The notes under the pieces are model-generated. The model saw only the letters and a program-made list of their open reading frames with translations, did no database searches and had not been told where the DNA came from. Of a stretch of DNA of 41,786 bases, positions 10,877-22,239 are shown one piece after another; positions within the stretch are counted from its first letter, which is position 1, and each line of letters opens with the position of its first letter. The DNA is from Octopus bimaculoides (taxonomy: Eukaryota), in contig NC_068999.1 in the NCBI RefSeq assembly GCF_001194135.2, positions 55,008,597 to 55,050,382 on the forward strand, written 5' to 3'. The translations under genes were made by a program, and so were the position numbers.

Positions 10877-11266
10877 GTGGAGGCACAATGGCCCAGTGGT
10901 TAGGGCAGTGGACTCGCGGTCATAGGATCGCGGTTTCGATTCCCAGACCGGGCATTGTGAGTGTTTATTGAGTGAAAACACCTAAAGCTCCACGAGGCTC
11001 CGGCAGGGGATGGTGGCGAACCCTGCTGTACTCTTTCACCACAACTTTCTCTCACTCTTACTTCCTGTTTCTGTTGTACCTGTAATTCAAAGGGTCAGCC
11101 TTGTCACACTCTGTGTCACGCTGAATATCCCCGAGAACTACGTTAAGGGTACACGTGTCTGTGGAGTGCTCAGCCACTTGCACGTTAATTTCACGAGCAG
11201 GCTGTTCCATTGATCGGATCAACTGGAACCCTCGATGTCGTAAGCGACGGAGTGCCAAAAAAAAAA
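10877..11266 (+). mobile_element. tRNA-derived SINE (head A + tail X), well-preserved copy
   Basis: Pol III A-box-like TGGCCCAGTGG, B-box-like GGTTTCGATTCC, retained CpGs and an A-rich end. Confidence 0.85.
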
Positions 11267-11699
11267 TGTATGTATATATGTATGTATGTATGCACAGTCA
11301 TGGCTGTGTGGTAAGGAGTTTGCTTCCTAATCACATGGTTCTGGGTTCAGTCTCATTGTGTGGTAGCTTGAGCAAGTGTTTGCTTCTCTATGTAACCTTC
11401 CACTTCATTATCAAATCAAACATGACCAAGAGGATGGATAGAAAAGAAAATGATGATGGAGAGTGTGAAAGAGAAGAGAGTTGGAGTCTGTTTGATAGGA
11501 GTTGCAGTGATGGAAGTGAAGGGTACATAGTGGCAGGAGAGTGACAGGGTAAGGGGTCATGTGAAATCCTTTCTACTAAAGGCACAAAGGCCTGACATTT
11601 TTTGGTGGAAGGGACCAGTCGATTACATCAACCCCGAAAGCACACACACATACATATATATACGTATGCAAATACAAACACACACACACACACATATTC

Positions 11700-13035
11700 A
11701 TTGCTAAGGTGAAGATTAGCATTAAATATAGTGATGAATTCAGGGTACAAGTAGGGTACAAGGCTCAGTCCTCAGCCTCCTCTTGTTCATCATAGTCCTC
11801 CAGGCAATAACAAAGGAATTTAAAATGGGCTGCTCCTGGGAGCTCCTCTATGCTGATGACCTTGCTCTTATAGCTGAATCACTACCGGAAATCAAGAAGA
11901 AATTTCAGGTGTGGAAGCAATGTCCAGAATCAAAGGGCCTTAGAGTTAATCTAGCAAAAACTAAAGCAGACAAACCACAAATCCCTTTAGGTAGATGACT
12001 ATGCTCAATGTGTAGAAAAGGTGTAGGCAGAAACTGCCTAACTATGGACACATAAGAGGTGCAGCAGCATCAGAGGATGGTTGACAGAGAAGCACGACTA
12101 ACACTAAAGATGTACAGAAAATAAGCTCCACCAAATGGCAGTGGGGGGGGGGGAAGATAGCAGTTGATAGCTTCCGTTACGTAGGCGACCAAGTCAGTAG
12201 TGGAGGTGGATGCTCCAAGAGTGTAGCTTCTAGAATAAGAATAGGCTGGGCAAAGTTCAGAGTGCTCCTACCTTTGTTGGTAACAAAGGGCCTCTCCCTC
12301 AGAGTGAAAGGCAGATTGTATGATGCCTGTATGCGAAAAGCCATGCTACATGGTAGTGAACAAGGACTGGCACTGCCGAGGACATGCACAGGCTTCAAAG
12401 AAATGAAGCTAGTATGCTTCACTGGATGTGCAATGTCTGTGCATGTACAACAAAGTGTAAGCTTCTTGAAAGGACAGTTGGGCATAAGAGGCATGAGATG
12501 TGGTGTACAAGAGAGATGACTGCATTGGTATGGTCACGCGATGCGTATGAATGCATATGACAGCAATGTGAAGAAATGCTGATCTCTAACAGTGGAGGAA
12601 AGCTGTGGAAGAGGGAGACCCAGGAAGACATGGGATGAGGAGGTAAAACATGATCTTTGAATGTTGGGCCTCACAGAAGCAATGACTAGTGTTCATGACC
12701 TTTGGTGATATGCAGTGCTTGAGAAGACCTGTCAAACCAAGTGAAATCATAGTTGTAGCCATTGTTGGTGTCACATAACTAGCACTTGTGCCAGTGGCAC
12801 ATAAAAAGCACCTTTTTGAGTGTTGGGCCTCACAGAGGCAATGACTAGTGACTGAGACCTTTGGCAATATGCTGTGCTTGAAGAAGACCCATCAAGCCAA
12901 GTGAAATCATAGTTGTGGCAGATACTGGTGTCATGCAACTGGCACTCATGCCAGTGGTATACAAAAGCGCCCATTATACTCTTAGAGCAGTTGGCATTAG
13001 GAACGGCATCCAGCTGTGGAGTCTGGTGCAACCCC
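11700..13035 (+). mobile_element. 5'-truncated RTE LINE (RT C-terminus to 3' UTR)
   Basis: Encodes ELLYADDLALIAESL...GLRVNLAKTK and RLASRIRIGWAKFRVLLPLL...RLYDACMRKAMLHGSE, followed by the RTE 3' tail. The tail contains a ~160-bp tandem duplication (about 12661-12960). Confidence 0.88.
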
Positions 13036-13079
13036 TCAACTTACCAGCCCTATAACTGTTGTTATTATTTCAAGGGCAT

Positions 13080-13540
13080 CAAAGGTCATGGGCTGGTGGA
13101 ATTGTTAGCACACCAAGCAAAATACTTAGTGGCATATCATTTGTCTTTATGTTTTGAGTTCAAATTCCGCTGAGGTTGACTTTGCTTTTCATCTTTTTGG
13201 GGTTGGTGAAAAAAGTACCTTTTGAGCAAAGGGGTCAATATAATCAACTTACCCCTCCCTGAACTTGCTGGCCTTGTGCCAAAATTTGAAATCATTATTT
13301 CAAATGGGTCAAAGGTGGCAAGCTGCCAGAATCATTAGCACACTGGGTAAAATGCTTAGTGACATTTCGTCAGTTTTTACATTCTGAGTTCAAATTCCAC
13401 TGAGATCGATTTTGCATTTCATCTCTTTTGGAGGCAATAAAATAAGTATCAGTTGAGCACTGGAGTTGATGTAATTGACTAACCTCCTCCCACAAACTAG
13501 CTGGCCTTGTACCAAAATTTGGAGCCAATATTTCAAGTGG
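13080..13540 (+). mobile_element. Two tandem copies of an abundant SINE (Meta-domain-like core)
   Basis: Both copies have ...gagttcaaattcc-ctgag-t-gactttgc-tttcatc...ggggt-gat...ctggccttgt-ccaaaattt. The family recurs near 16350, 16600, 18830, 28770, 29030, 35385, 35790 and 37430. Confidence 0.7.
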
Positions 13541-13689
13541 GTGAGACAATCACATAGAAGTTCCTTTATTAATGCTAGATTTATTGATCAACTCTGATCA
13601 GACAAATCTAAGATCAATGAGATTCTGGTCAGGGTTACTCCAGTCTTCCATTCTTATTGTATATCTGTTATTTATTATCTGTAATCTTT

Positions 13690-13888
13690 TAACTTTTACT
13701 TGTTTCAGTCATTAGACTGTGGCCATGCTGGGGTGCCACCTTGAAGAATTTTTATTTAGTTGAACAAATCAACCCCAGTACTTATTATTATCGTTTTAGC
13801 CTGGTACTTATTCTTTCAGTCTCTTTTGCCAAACTGCTAAGTAACAGGAATGTAAACTCACCAACACAGATAGTGGAGGACAAGCAAA

Positions 13889-13941
<53 letters not shown>

Positions 13942-14370
13942 GGGAAAGAGGACATCTATGGACCATTGATAAGGAGTTTGCAGATCTAGTACCCAAGATA
14001 CACTTTCAGGGCAGAGATAGCTGTCTGCAAGTGCAAGCCATGTGAGTCAGAGTGGCTGTTCCAGCGCATCTCCCTCGCTATCCTCTGAGGCAACACCTTT
14101 TCCATTTTGTCTGTTGGTGCTATGAGAAATGTTGAACTATGGATAGAAGAAAGTGACCTTTACTTCTGTCAGTCTAGAATTGTCCCCCTTCACTGATAAC
14201 TGTACTGAAATGACTGAATTTGTTTACTGCTAAATACTGACTAATTAGCGAAGGTGCTTGTCAGCAAACAAATATTCTTTGTATAGAAGACACTTGCCCA
14301 AGGTGCCATGCAGTGGGACTGAACTTGGAACCATGTGACTGGGAAGCAAGCATCTTACAACACAGCCATA
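13690..14370 (-). mobile_element. tRNA-derived SINE with internal microsatellite, split by an insertion
   Basis: 13690-13937 and 14283-14370 match the two halves of the 16745-17135 family. Foreign sequence fills 13938-14282. Confidence 0.75.
14010..14280 (+). mobile_element. 3' remnant of a CRE-like (RLE) non-LTR retrotransposon
   Basis: Translates as CESEWLFQRISLAIL*GNTFSILS, resembling the QRIS-A--RGN motif at the C-terminus of CRE-clade elements. The TGA is explicable as CGA decay. Confidence 0.55.
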
Positions 14371-15832
14371 TCTGTCCCTATTAGTCAATTTTTAAAAAAC
14401 TTGTCAGATATAAGTTAAGGTAATATAGCTGCTATTTCTAACTGGTTGAGTGACCACTTAGCTGCATCCCACTTTGGCTCCCCATCTATTGATTGTTCAG
14501 TGTGTTTGTTCTAAGGCAATATTTACAGTTGACCTGCCAACCTAATGACCTTCACAACAATGTGCTTTGTTTACAGTTTTCGTGCTGGTCACCATGACAC
14601 CACAAATTAATCAGCCATTAATAAACCATCACCAACACCACACCACACCACACGGCACCATGCTTCAGCTTTCATTGTCCTCACCAATGAACCACCGCTT
14701 CAGGTTAAGGTCAGTCAATCAGTCAGTCAGTTCTTGGTGGTTGGTTGAATCGTGGTGGTAGTGGTGGCAGTGGCAGGGTGGTGGTGGTGGTGGTAGTTAT
14801 AACTATTGAACATAACCATCCTTCCAATCCTTCCTTGCCTACCACTACCATTGATTAGTGATTAGTTTGCAATTGCCCCAGCAGATACATAATAATTTCA
14901 ATTGAGGAAAGGCAGGAGGAGAAAAAGAGAGATTGAGTTGTGAGAAAGGCTGCTGACATATGTCTAGTTTGACGAGACAACAACAACAACAACAACACTA
15001 CAACTGCAACAAAAACAGCAACAACAGCATAAATAACAATAGTAGTTATTTTGTCCATATGTAAGGCTTTCTTTATGTTAATAGAAAGGATTATAGTTAA
15101 TCGGTAGTGTTGACTTTTTCAATATGTTATTGGTATGTATACACACATATGTATCTATATGCTAGTGAGTGTGTGTGCATGTTGTGTGTAAGTGTATGTT
15201 ATATGTGTGTGTTGTGTGTGCTGTGTGTTGTGTGTACTGTGTATATGTGCCTGTTGTTTGTTTTGTCTGTGTGTTGTGCGTGAGTGTATTGTGTGTGTGT
15301 GTGTGTGTGTTTGCTTGCATGTGAACACCAGGTGCCTTAATGTAGGAAAGTACTGAAGTGGTTTCTTCACCAACCACTTTACATGTGTACTCGGTGTTTA
15401 ATATTTTAGCGCCAGCACAAGATAGGGTCCCTTATATCCTGAAAGAGCCAAAGGTGCACAATACTCTGAGATATGTATGTATGCTCAAAGCAACATGACC
15501 AAGAAAGTGCTAAAAGAGAGGCTGTGATGACAGAAGAGAAGCAAAGATGGAGAGGTGAGAGGCACATGATTATATGATGGCAGAAACAAGGTGATTTGAG
15601 GTGAGAGAAGTTGATGACTGGCAGTAGAGAATAGGTGGGTATGGAGTGCATTGAGCACAACTCGCTCAATGCAGTCTCATGTGTGTAGACAGCACATGAT
15701 GGGTCAGAGAAGTAGAGTGGTGATGATGGTGATGATGGTGATAAAATCGAGTGAATCCTGTACCATCTGACATTATATGAATGGCATGAGTGAAAGACAG
15801 ATAAGCAATAGTGAGAAGAGCAGCCAGGAAAT

Positions 15833-16115
15833 ATCAGCGGAACAGCCTGCTCGTGGAATTAACATGCAAGCAGCTGAGCATTCCACAGACACACGTACCC
15901 TTAATGTAGTTCTCAGGGAGATTCAGCGTGACACTGAATGTGACAAGGCTGGCCCCTTTTGAATTACAGACACAACTCGTTTTTGCCAGCTGAGTGGACT
16001 GGAGCATTGTGAAATAAAGTGTCTTGCTCAAGGACCCAATGCACCGCTGGGAATCGAACTCACAACCTTATGATCGTGAGCCAAATACCCTAACCACTAA
16101 GCCATGTACCTTCAC
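15833..16115 (-). mobile_element. tRNA-derived CORE-like SINE (head B + tail X)
   Basis: Minus strand has TGGCTTAGTGG, GAGTTCGATTCC and the CORE-like tccttgagcaagacactttatttcac...ccagtccactcagctgg. Its tail is of the same type as 11080-11215. Confidence 0.8.
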
Positions 16116-16169
16116 TGTGGGGCAATAAGCCTATGGGAAATAAATACTCTTTGATAATATCTATTTCCT

Positions 16170-16350
16170 ATAGGCTTTTTGTCTCACATCTGCTACATGA
16201 AGTTTACCTTTTCTGGCTACCTACCTGTGATCCCACTGCATCTCTTCTGTCCCAATAGTTTACACTGGGTACACTATATGAAATTTTTACCTAGCCCTTT
16301 TCTGCATATTGAGCATAGCCATTTCTGTGATGGTAGCAGGGTTCTATCTT
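16170..16350 (-). mobile_element. RTE fragment (Cys-rich post-RT domain)
   Basis: Translates as WLCSICRKGLGKNFI*CTQCKLLGQKRCSGITGR, then CSRC after a frameshift. Homologous to 24632-24745. Confidence 0.7.
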
Positions 16351-16744
16351 CTCTCCTGCTTCATAATTTTTTCTACTATAGGTACAAGGCCTGAAATTTT
16401 GTGGGAAAGGACTGGTTGATTACTTCAATTCTCGTGCTCAACTGGTACTTATTTCATTGACCCTGAATGAATGAAAGCAAAGTTGACCTTGATAGAATTT
16501 AAACTCAGAAAATAAAGGGGGGAAAATGTCACTGAGTATTTTATACAGCATGCTTATGATTTTGCCAGCTTACTTTCTTATTTTGTTTTAAACTTTGGCA
16601 CATGGCTAGCGATTTTAGGGGACAGGTAAATCAATTACATGGATCCTGAAAGGCTGAAAGGTAAAGTTGACTTTAGTGGTATTTGAACTCAGAATGTTAA
16701 AGAGCCAGAAAAAATGTCACTAAGTACTTTTGTCCAGGTGCAGG

Positions 16745-17135
16745 AGTGGCTGTGTGGTAAGTAGCTTGCTTACCAACCACATAGTTCCGGGTTCAGTCCC
16801 ACTGCGTGGCACCTTGGGCAAGTGTCTTCTACTATAGCCTCAGGCCAACCAAAGACAGAAACTGAAAGAAGCCCGTCGTATATATGTATATATATATATG
16901 TGTGTGTGTGTATATATATATGTTTGTGTGTTTGTGTTTGTCCCCCCCCCCCNNNNNNNNNNNNNNNNNNNNNNNNNNNCTTACGTCCCCATAACTTAGC
17001 GGTTAGGCAAAAAGAGACCAATAGAATAAGTACTAGGCTTACAAAGAATAAGCCCTGGGGTCGATTTGCTCGACTAAAGGTGGTGCCCCAGCATGGCCGC
17101 AGTCAAATGACTGAAACAAGTAAAAGAGTAAAGCA
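16745..17135 (+). mobile_element. tRNA-derived SINE with internal (TA/TG)n microsatellite (most abundant family here)
   Basis: Head gtggctgtgtggtaagtagcttgcttaccaaccac...ggttcagtcccactgcg, tail ...cagcatggccgcagtcaaatgactgaaacaagtaaaag. Other copies lie near 1780, 11300, 25495, 26740, 27860, 29985, 32575 and 39735. Confidence 0.85.
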
Positions 17136-17289
17136 CTGATGGCTCTGTCAGCTCTCTGCCTTTGTCCCACTTAATCGCACTTTTACCCTTTTTGCTAAAT
17201 TAACTTTGGGGCCTCTCATATCAGGTTCTTCTTTCACATCTGAAATTTCTTCTCTAAATCTACTGCTGATTCAGGTATATGTGCTAGAT

Positions 17290-17613
17290 CAGTGGTTCTC
17301 AAGCAGTGTCCATATGATCCCTTGAAGTCCATATAAGACTTTTGGGGGGAGCCATACAAGCAAAATAGTAAATTGGGTCCAGAGTAGTATTTTATGGGTC
17401 CATGAAAAAATTTTACTCGTGAAGTATTTATAACAAAAGACAACCAGGTTTCTTTCTCTGATATTTTACACAGTTCAGCCTACGCAAATGAATGTATCCT
17501 AAACAAAATAGGAATCTTAAAGAAATTATCTATAAAACTAGTTTTAAAACGTTAAATGATTATTGGGGTCCACCAGAATAAGATAGTAATCAAAAAATGG
17601 TTGAGAATCACTG
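17290..17613. mobile_element. hAT (Charlie-like) MITE
   Basis: Ends CAGTGGTTCTCAA and TTGAGAATCACTG. The flanking 8-mers tgctagat and aattagat resemble a decayed TSD. Confidence 0.75.
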
Positions 17614-17639
17614 AATTAGATCATCATCATGGAAGAGTT

Positions 17640-17930
17640 CCCACAGGAATCTGGTCTTAAACTCCTCTGTTACAGCTTGCAGACTATAATGAATAGAAAG
17701 GGCTGAAGACAGACCACCGATGAACTCTTATCTGAATACTCAATTTATTGTTGAGCTTATGCTTGATCCTCACCATGCTGAATGCATCTCTGCACATGGC
17801 ATGCATGGTTCTCTCAAGAAATTTGTCTAGCTCTATTCTCCTCAGCAACCACCAAATAAACAGAGAGGAGAACCTTGTCAACAGCCTTCTTCAGGTCAAC
17901 AAATGCCAGTTCTAGTGATATACACCTGGG
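17640..17930 (-). mobile_element. Old RTE RT fragment
   Basis: LAFVDLKKAVDK...SLFIWWLLRRIELDKFLERTMHAMCRDAFSMVRI...IRVH aligns by eye to the RT segment at 24190-24380. Confidence 0.7.
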
Positions 17931-18110
17931 TAGGTTCTTCTGTTGCAGTCATTTTACTAGGAAGATGGTTTTAGTAGTACAAAGCCAAACTTTATTTCAT
18001 TTAGGTTAATTCTGATCTCAATCAATTGAGCTTGCTTTAACTTCTGTGACCTGATCCAGCAGTTTGCTACTTTGGTAATTACCTCACTCTAGCACATCTT
18101 TACCTTCTAG

Positions 18111-18150
18111 GACAAAGATGCTGATGCTGTTATGTCAGTCATTAAGCATG
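18111..18150 (+). other. Candidate 40-nt exon
   Basis: Unique sequence flanked by catctttaccttctag and gtaact, open as DKDADAVMSVIKH. No partner exon identified. Confidence 0.2.
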
Positions 18151-18454
18151 GTAACTTTCTGAACTACCTGATTAACTATGGGTGTAACTGGTCCACAACC
18201 AGACATTTTAAGCCTTTCAGCATTCACACCTGATGGAGTAGGAGGCCTTCATTGTCTTTCTATTCTTAATCACACTTTTTACCATATATACATACATACC
18301 ATACATACATACATATGTACATACATACATACGTACGTACATACATACATACATACATACATACATCATACTAATACATCCTTTTGTTGTTTACACCACC
18401 TGTCCTCGTCTGTTGTTGTTTTTTCGTACATTCTCCTACATATGTACATACATA

Positions 18455-18775
18455 GGACCATGGTGAAAAGATATGTTCTGTTGTGGAAATCAGCTGCCCT
18501 CTGGACACCAATATGGTTAGAAAAATACAAGGGAAAGAGGACATCTATGGACCATTGATAAGGAGTTTGCAGATCTAGTACCCAAGATACACTTTCAGCT
18601 TCATACCTATTATTTTTGGAGCAACAGGATATATACCAACCCATCTGGAGTAAAGTACGACTGAACTTGGGTTCTTGGGGGAGAGAACACAATTCCTTTA
18701 CACATACACTACAAGTGATCATATCTGAAGCAATAAAAGTCTGTAAGACCTTTGAAGGATGATGAGCAAAACAAG
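18455..18775 (+). mobile_element. 3' remnant of an RLE-clade (NeSL/R4-like) LINE endonuclease
   Basis: Translates as VVEISCPLDTNMVRKIQGKEDIYGPLIRSLQI*YPRYTFSFIPIIFGATGYIP...LGF...LQ...IKVCKTF, the pattern of RLE C-termini. Confidence 0.65.
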
Positions 18776-19199
18776 ATGCTTTCCTTCACAACCTTGCTAC
18801 CAAGCAGGTGGTCAGTCAATATCCGTTCTAAATTGGTTTCAAATTTTGGCACAAGTCCAGCAAGTCTGAGAGAAGTTGATTGCATTGACCCCCCCCTCCC
18901 CTAGTGCTCAACTGGTACTTATTTTATCGACCCTGAAAGGATGAAAGGCAAAGCCGACTTCAGTAGAATTTGAACTTGGAACGTAAAGATAAACAAAATG
19001 TCACTAAGTGTTTTGCCTGGCATATTAATGATTCTACAAGCTTGCACATATGTGTGTGTATATATAAATATATATATATATACACACACACACATGGATA
19101 TAATTATCTATCTATCTATCTTCGTATGAATATATATGCGTAATCATATACATATAAGTACATCCACCTACCCACATATACAGAAGCTACAGAGTGAGT

Positions 19200-19237
19200 G
19201 AATGAGAGAGCAAGAGAGAGAGAGAGAGAGAGAGATA

Positions 19238-19311
<74 letters not shown>

Positions 19312-19330
19312 GAGAGAGAGAGAGAGAGAG
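19200..19330. repeat. (AG)n microsatellite
   Basis: Read directly from the sequence. Confidence 0.95.
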
Positions 19331-19984
19331 AACTGGATGCAAATGGGTAAATATTTATTGATACAAGGTGTTGAAACATGGTTTGTGTATAAGTGTGAAA
19401 GAACAGATTTATTTTATGTTTCTTTCTATCATCAAATCAAGTGCTGTCCATACACTGGGTGATGAAATGCATGGTCTATATACAGTGTGAAAAGGACTCA
19501 ATATTTAATGTTTTGTTAAATATCATCCTAACATAGAACCTTACTTCATATTTTAACAGATTATTACAAATTTCTTTCTTCTTCGTTTCTGATATAATGG
19601 ATTGTATCAGTCAATGGAAACATCTTGAACGTTTGATTATGTCTCATGGAGGAAGTTCTGAACTGAAATGAAAACTTCTATGTCTTTAGAAGCTAATTAT
19701 TTATATATTGTATGCATGCATGTATATATGTATGGATGTTTATTATTCAGTTTTATTTCAAGATTTCTTGCCAATAGAGAAAGAACCGGTTTCTTACCCA
19801 GATCCAAGGCTCCTTCATTGGAATTTCAACAACATCAACAGGGTTTTTTTGTTTGCTTGTATGTATGTATGTATGTATGTATGTTTTGTTTTATGTATGT
19901 ATTTTCATACATATAGATGCATGTCTTAGATATGTGCATATATATTCAAATGTATGTGTGTATGTGTCATCATCATCCCATCCT

Positions 19985-20250
19985 CCTCCTCCTCCTCATC
20001 ATCATCATTTAATATTGGCATGGGTTGGATGGTTTGGCCGGGGCTGGCAAACCAGAAGGTTGCACCATGCCCCAGTTGTCTTTCTAATGCCAACCACCTT
20101 ACACAGTGTACTGGATGCTTTTAGATGGTGCTGGCACAGGTGCTCCTTATGCGACACTGGCATGGGTGCTTTTTACATGGCACAGGGACAGGTGATTTTT
20201 ACATGATGCCAGCACAGGTGCTTTTTATGAGATGTCAGTATGCCAGCACA
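19985..20250 (-). mobile_element. Decayed RTE 3' end copy
   Basis: Reverse complement of the RTE tail (catcatcatcatttaa...gcatgggttggatggtttg...ctaatgccaaccac...gtgctttttacatgg). Confidence 0.6.
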
Positions 20251-20275
20251 CGCACACACACACACACAGACAGGC

Positions 20276-20276
<1 letters not shown>

Positions 20277-20341
<65 letters not shown>

Positions 20342-20392
20342 ATAGAGACTGGCAGATAGATAGATAGATAGATAGATAGATAGGTAGATATA
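20277..20392. repeat. (GATA)n microsatellite
   Basis: Read directly from the sequence. Confidence 0.95.
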
Positions 20393-20535
20393 GTTATAGA
20401 TATATATATCAAAGTGCAAACTTAAAACCAGTGTGAATATGGTAAAAGCACGTTCAGACTTGTAGACAAGCTGTTCACCGTGTTTTGTCATGGAGAAAAT
20501 TTTTTACTGTAGACATATGGTGTAAATACTCCCAA

Positions 20536-20638
20536 ATCAGCTCACAGCGCCACCTTTTCAGACTGTGGGATGCAAGCATTTCAGAGTAGTTATCTCCTCT
20601 TCAGCCACAGAAACCACACGGTGGTGCTGCAAGCTGAT
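20536..20638 (-). ncRNA. Extended type I hammerhead ribozyme (self-cleaving RNA motif)
   Basis: Minus strand reads CUGUGG-CUGAAGA-GGAG-auaacua-CUCU-GAAA-UG-cuug-CA-UC/CCACAG. It has both core motifs, a 6-bp stem I, a 4-bp stem II (G.U at 10.1/11.1), a 3-bp stem III closed by G(CUUG)C and an AUC cleavage triplet. A distal 19-bp helix pairs 20536-20554 with 20620-20638. Confidence 0.85.
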
Positions 20639-20863
20639 AAGAGAGACAATCTCTCTTATGTCTTTCAAGTGAACATACGTCGGCCAGTAGCGCAAACTGA
20701 TGGCTGTGATGTTGGTGTTGCTGCCACTGCCGCCATTACTGTCACAGTCGCAACTGCTGTCAGTGTTGTTACCAGCTGGTATATGCACACACACATATAT
20801 TTATGTGTATATATATTATACACAGACACAAATGCACGTTTGTATGTATGTGTAATGTATATA

Positions 20864-21662
20864 CAAGATGGTATCAAAAAGTTCTCGGACTAGTTATGTT
20901 TAATAAAAATAACATATTCACCTAAGTTTTAACATCATCTCCTTCGAAATAGTCACCTTGCGCAGCAATACACTGGTCCCAGTATTCCTGCCACTTTTAC
21001 AATCTGTCCTGGAAGTCGTTTACCATAAGCAAGTTGAGGACCTTATGCAATTCGGTCTGGGTCTTGACAATGATGTTAAAACGGTGACCTTTGAGCTGCA
21101 TTTTCATTTTGGGGAAGAGACAGAAGTCTGCAGATGCTAAATTTGGTGAATAGTGGTGAATAGCGCAGTTGTGAAAGTGATACCATGCTTTTGGCAAGAA
21201 AGTCACAAGTGAGGAGAGTTCAGTGACAGGGTGCATTGCCATTGTGAAGAATCCAATTCTTTGCACTCTATCATATTTCCAGGGGTGACATTTGTGGTAG
21301 GTCTTCCACATTGCTCATCATCTTCCAGGGATGTTTCTCCGCTTTGAAGTGCTTGTGCCACTCGAAACATTATGTACGACCCATTGCCTCATTGCAATAA
21401 ACTCGCCAAAAGCATGCTCAATGTCATTGTAGCAGACTTCCCAAGTTTAACACAAAATTTCACGTTGGTTCTTTGTTCCTATCCAGCATACACATGATCA
21501 CAAAAACATAAAAAATTCACAACTTGCAAATTAAACACAGTGATGTCACTCAGCTCACTGCCTCGTGAAGGTCACTGCTAGCTCTCACTGCACATGCAAC
21601 CGTATGCTGTTATCTGCTGGTGCACTACAGAACTAGTCCAAGAACTTTTTGATACCACCTCA
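20864..21662 (-). mobile_element. Internally deleted mariner transposon
   Basis: TIRs of about 30 bp (gatggtatcaaaaagttctcggactagtt and aactagtccaagaactttttgataccacc) are flanked by TA at 20862-20863 and 21663-21664. Minus strand encodes EQRTNVKFCVKLGKSAT and YSPNLASADFCLFPKMKMQLKGHRF. Confidence 0.9.
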
Positions 21663-22239
21663 TATGTGTATGATTACGTGTGCATGTTGGTATTCCACAC
21701 TTGTCACCACTTGAGTAAAAAAAAGTTGTTCAAATTCTGTTGTTCAAATTCCATTGATCAAATTTCTTGCTCACATTATGACTGATTGCTTTGTACTTTT
21801 GAAGACTTTGGGAATGGAAAAAAATCCTTTAATTGCAAACAGGATTGGCAATAGTAAGAAAACCTGGTTGTAAAATCCTGCCTCAAGTAACTCCTCATCT
21901 TAGCCATATTGGCAAGGAAAAAATGAATGTTGAACAAAGCAATAAATTATCATCATCATCATTGTCATCATCATCTTCATCATGACATTCTCCTCTCCTA
22001 CATCATCATCATCATCCTCATCATCGCTATCACCACCACCATCACTGCTACCATGATCATCATAGCATTCTCCTCCACCTCATCACCCTCCACCTCATCA
22101 TCATCATTGTGATTGTCATCATCATTATCATCACCATCACCACCACCACCACCACCACCACCACCACCACTACCATAGTCATTGTCATCATCAATTTACA
22201 TCTGCTATCCTTTCACTTACCAAAAAGAATTTATATTGC

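Noticed and set aside
10877-10955. tRNA-like sequence
   Set aside because: It has A/B boxes but continues into a SINE body and recurs at 29444, so it is not a tRNA gene.
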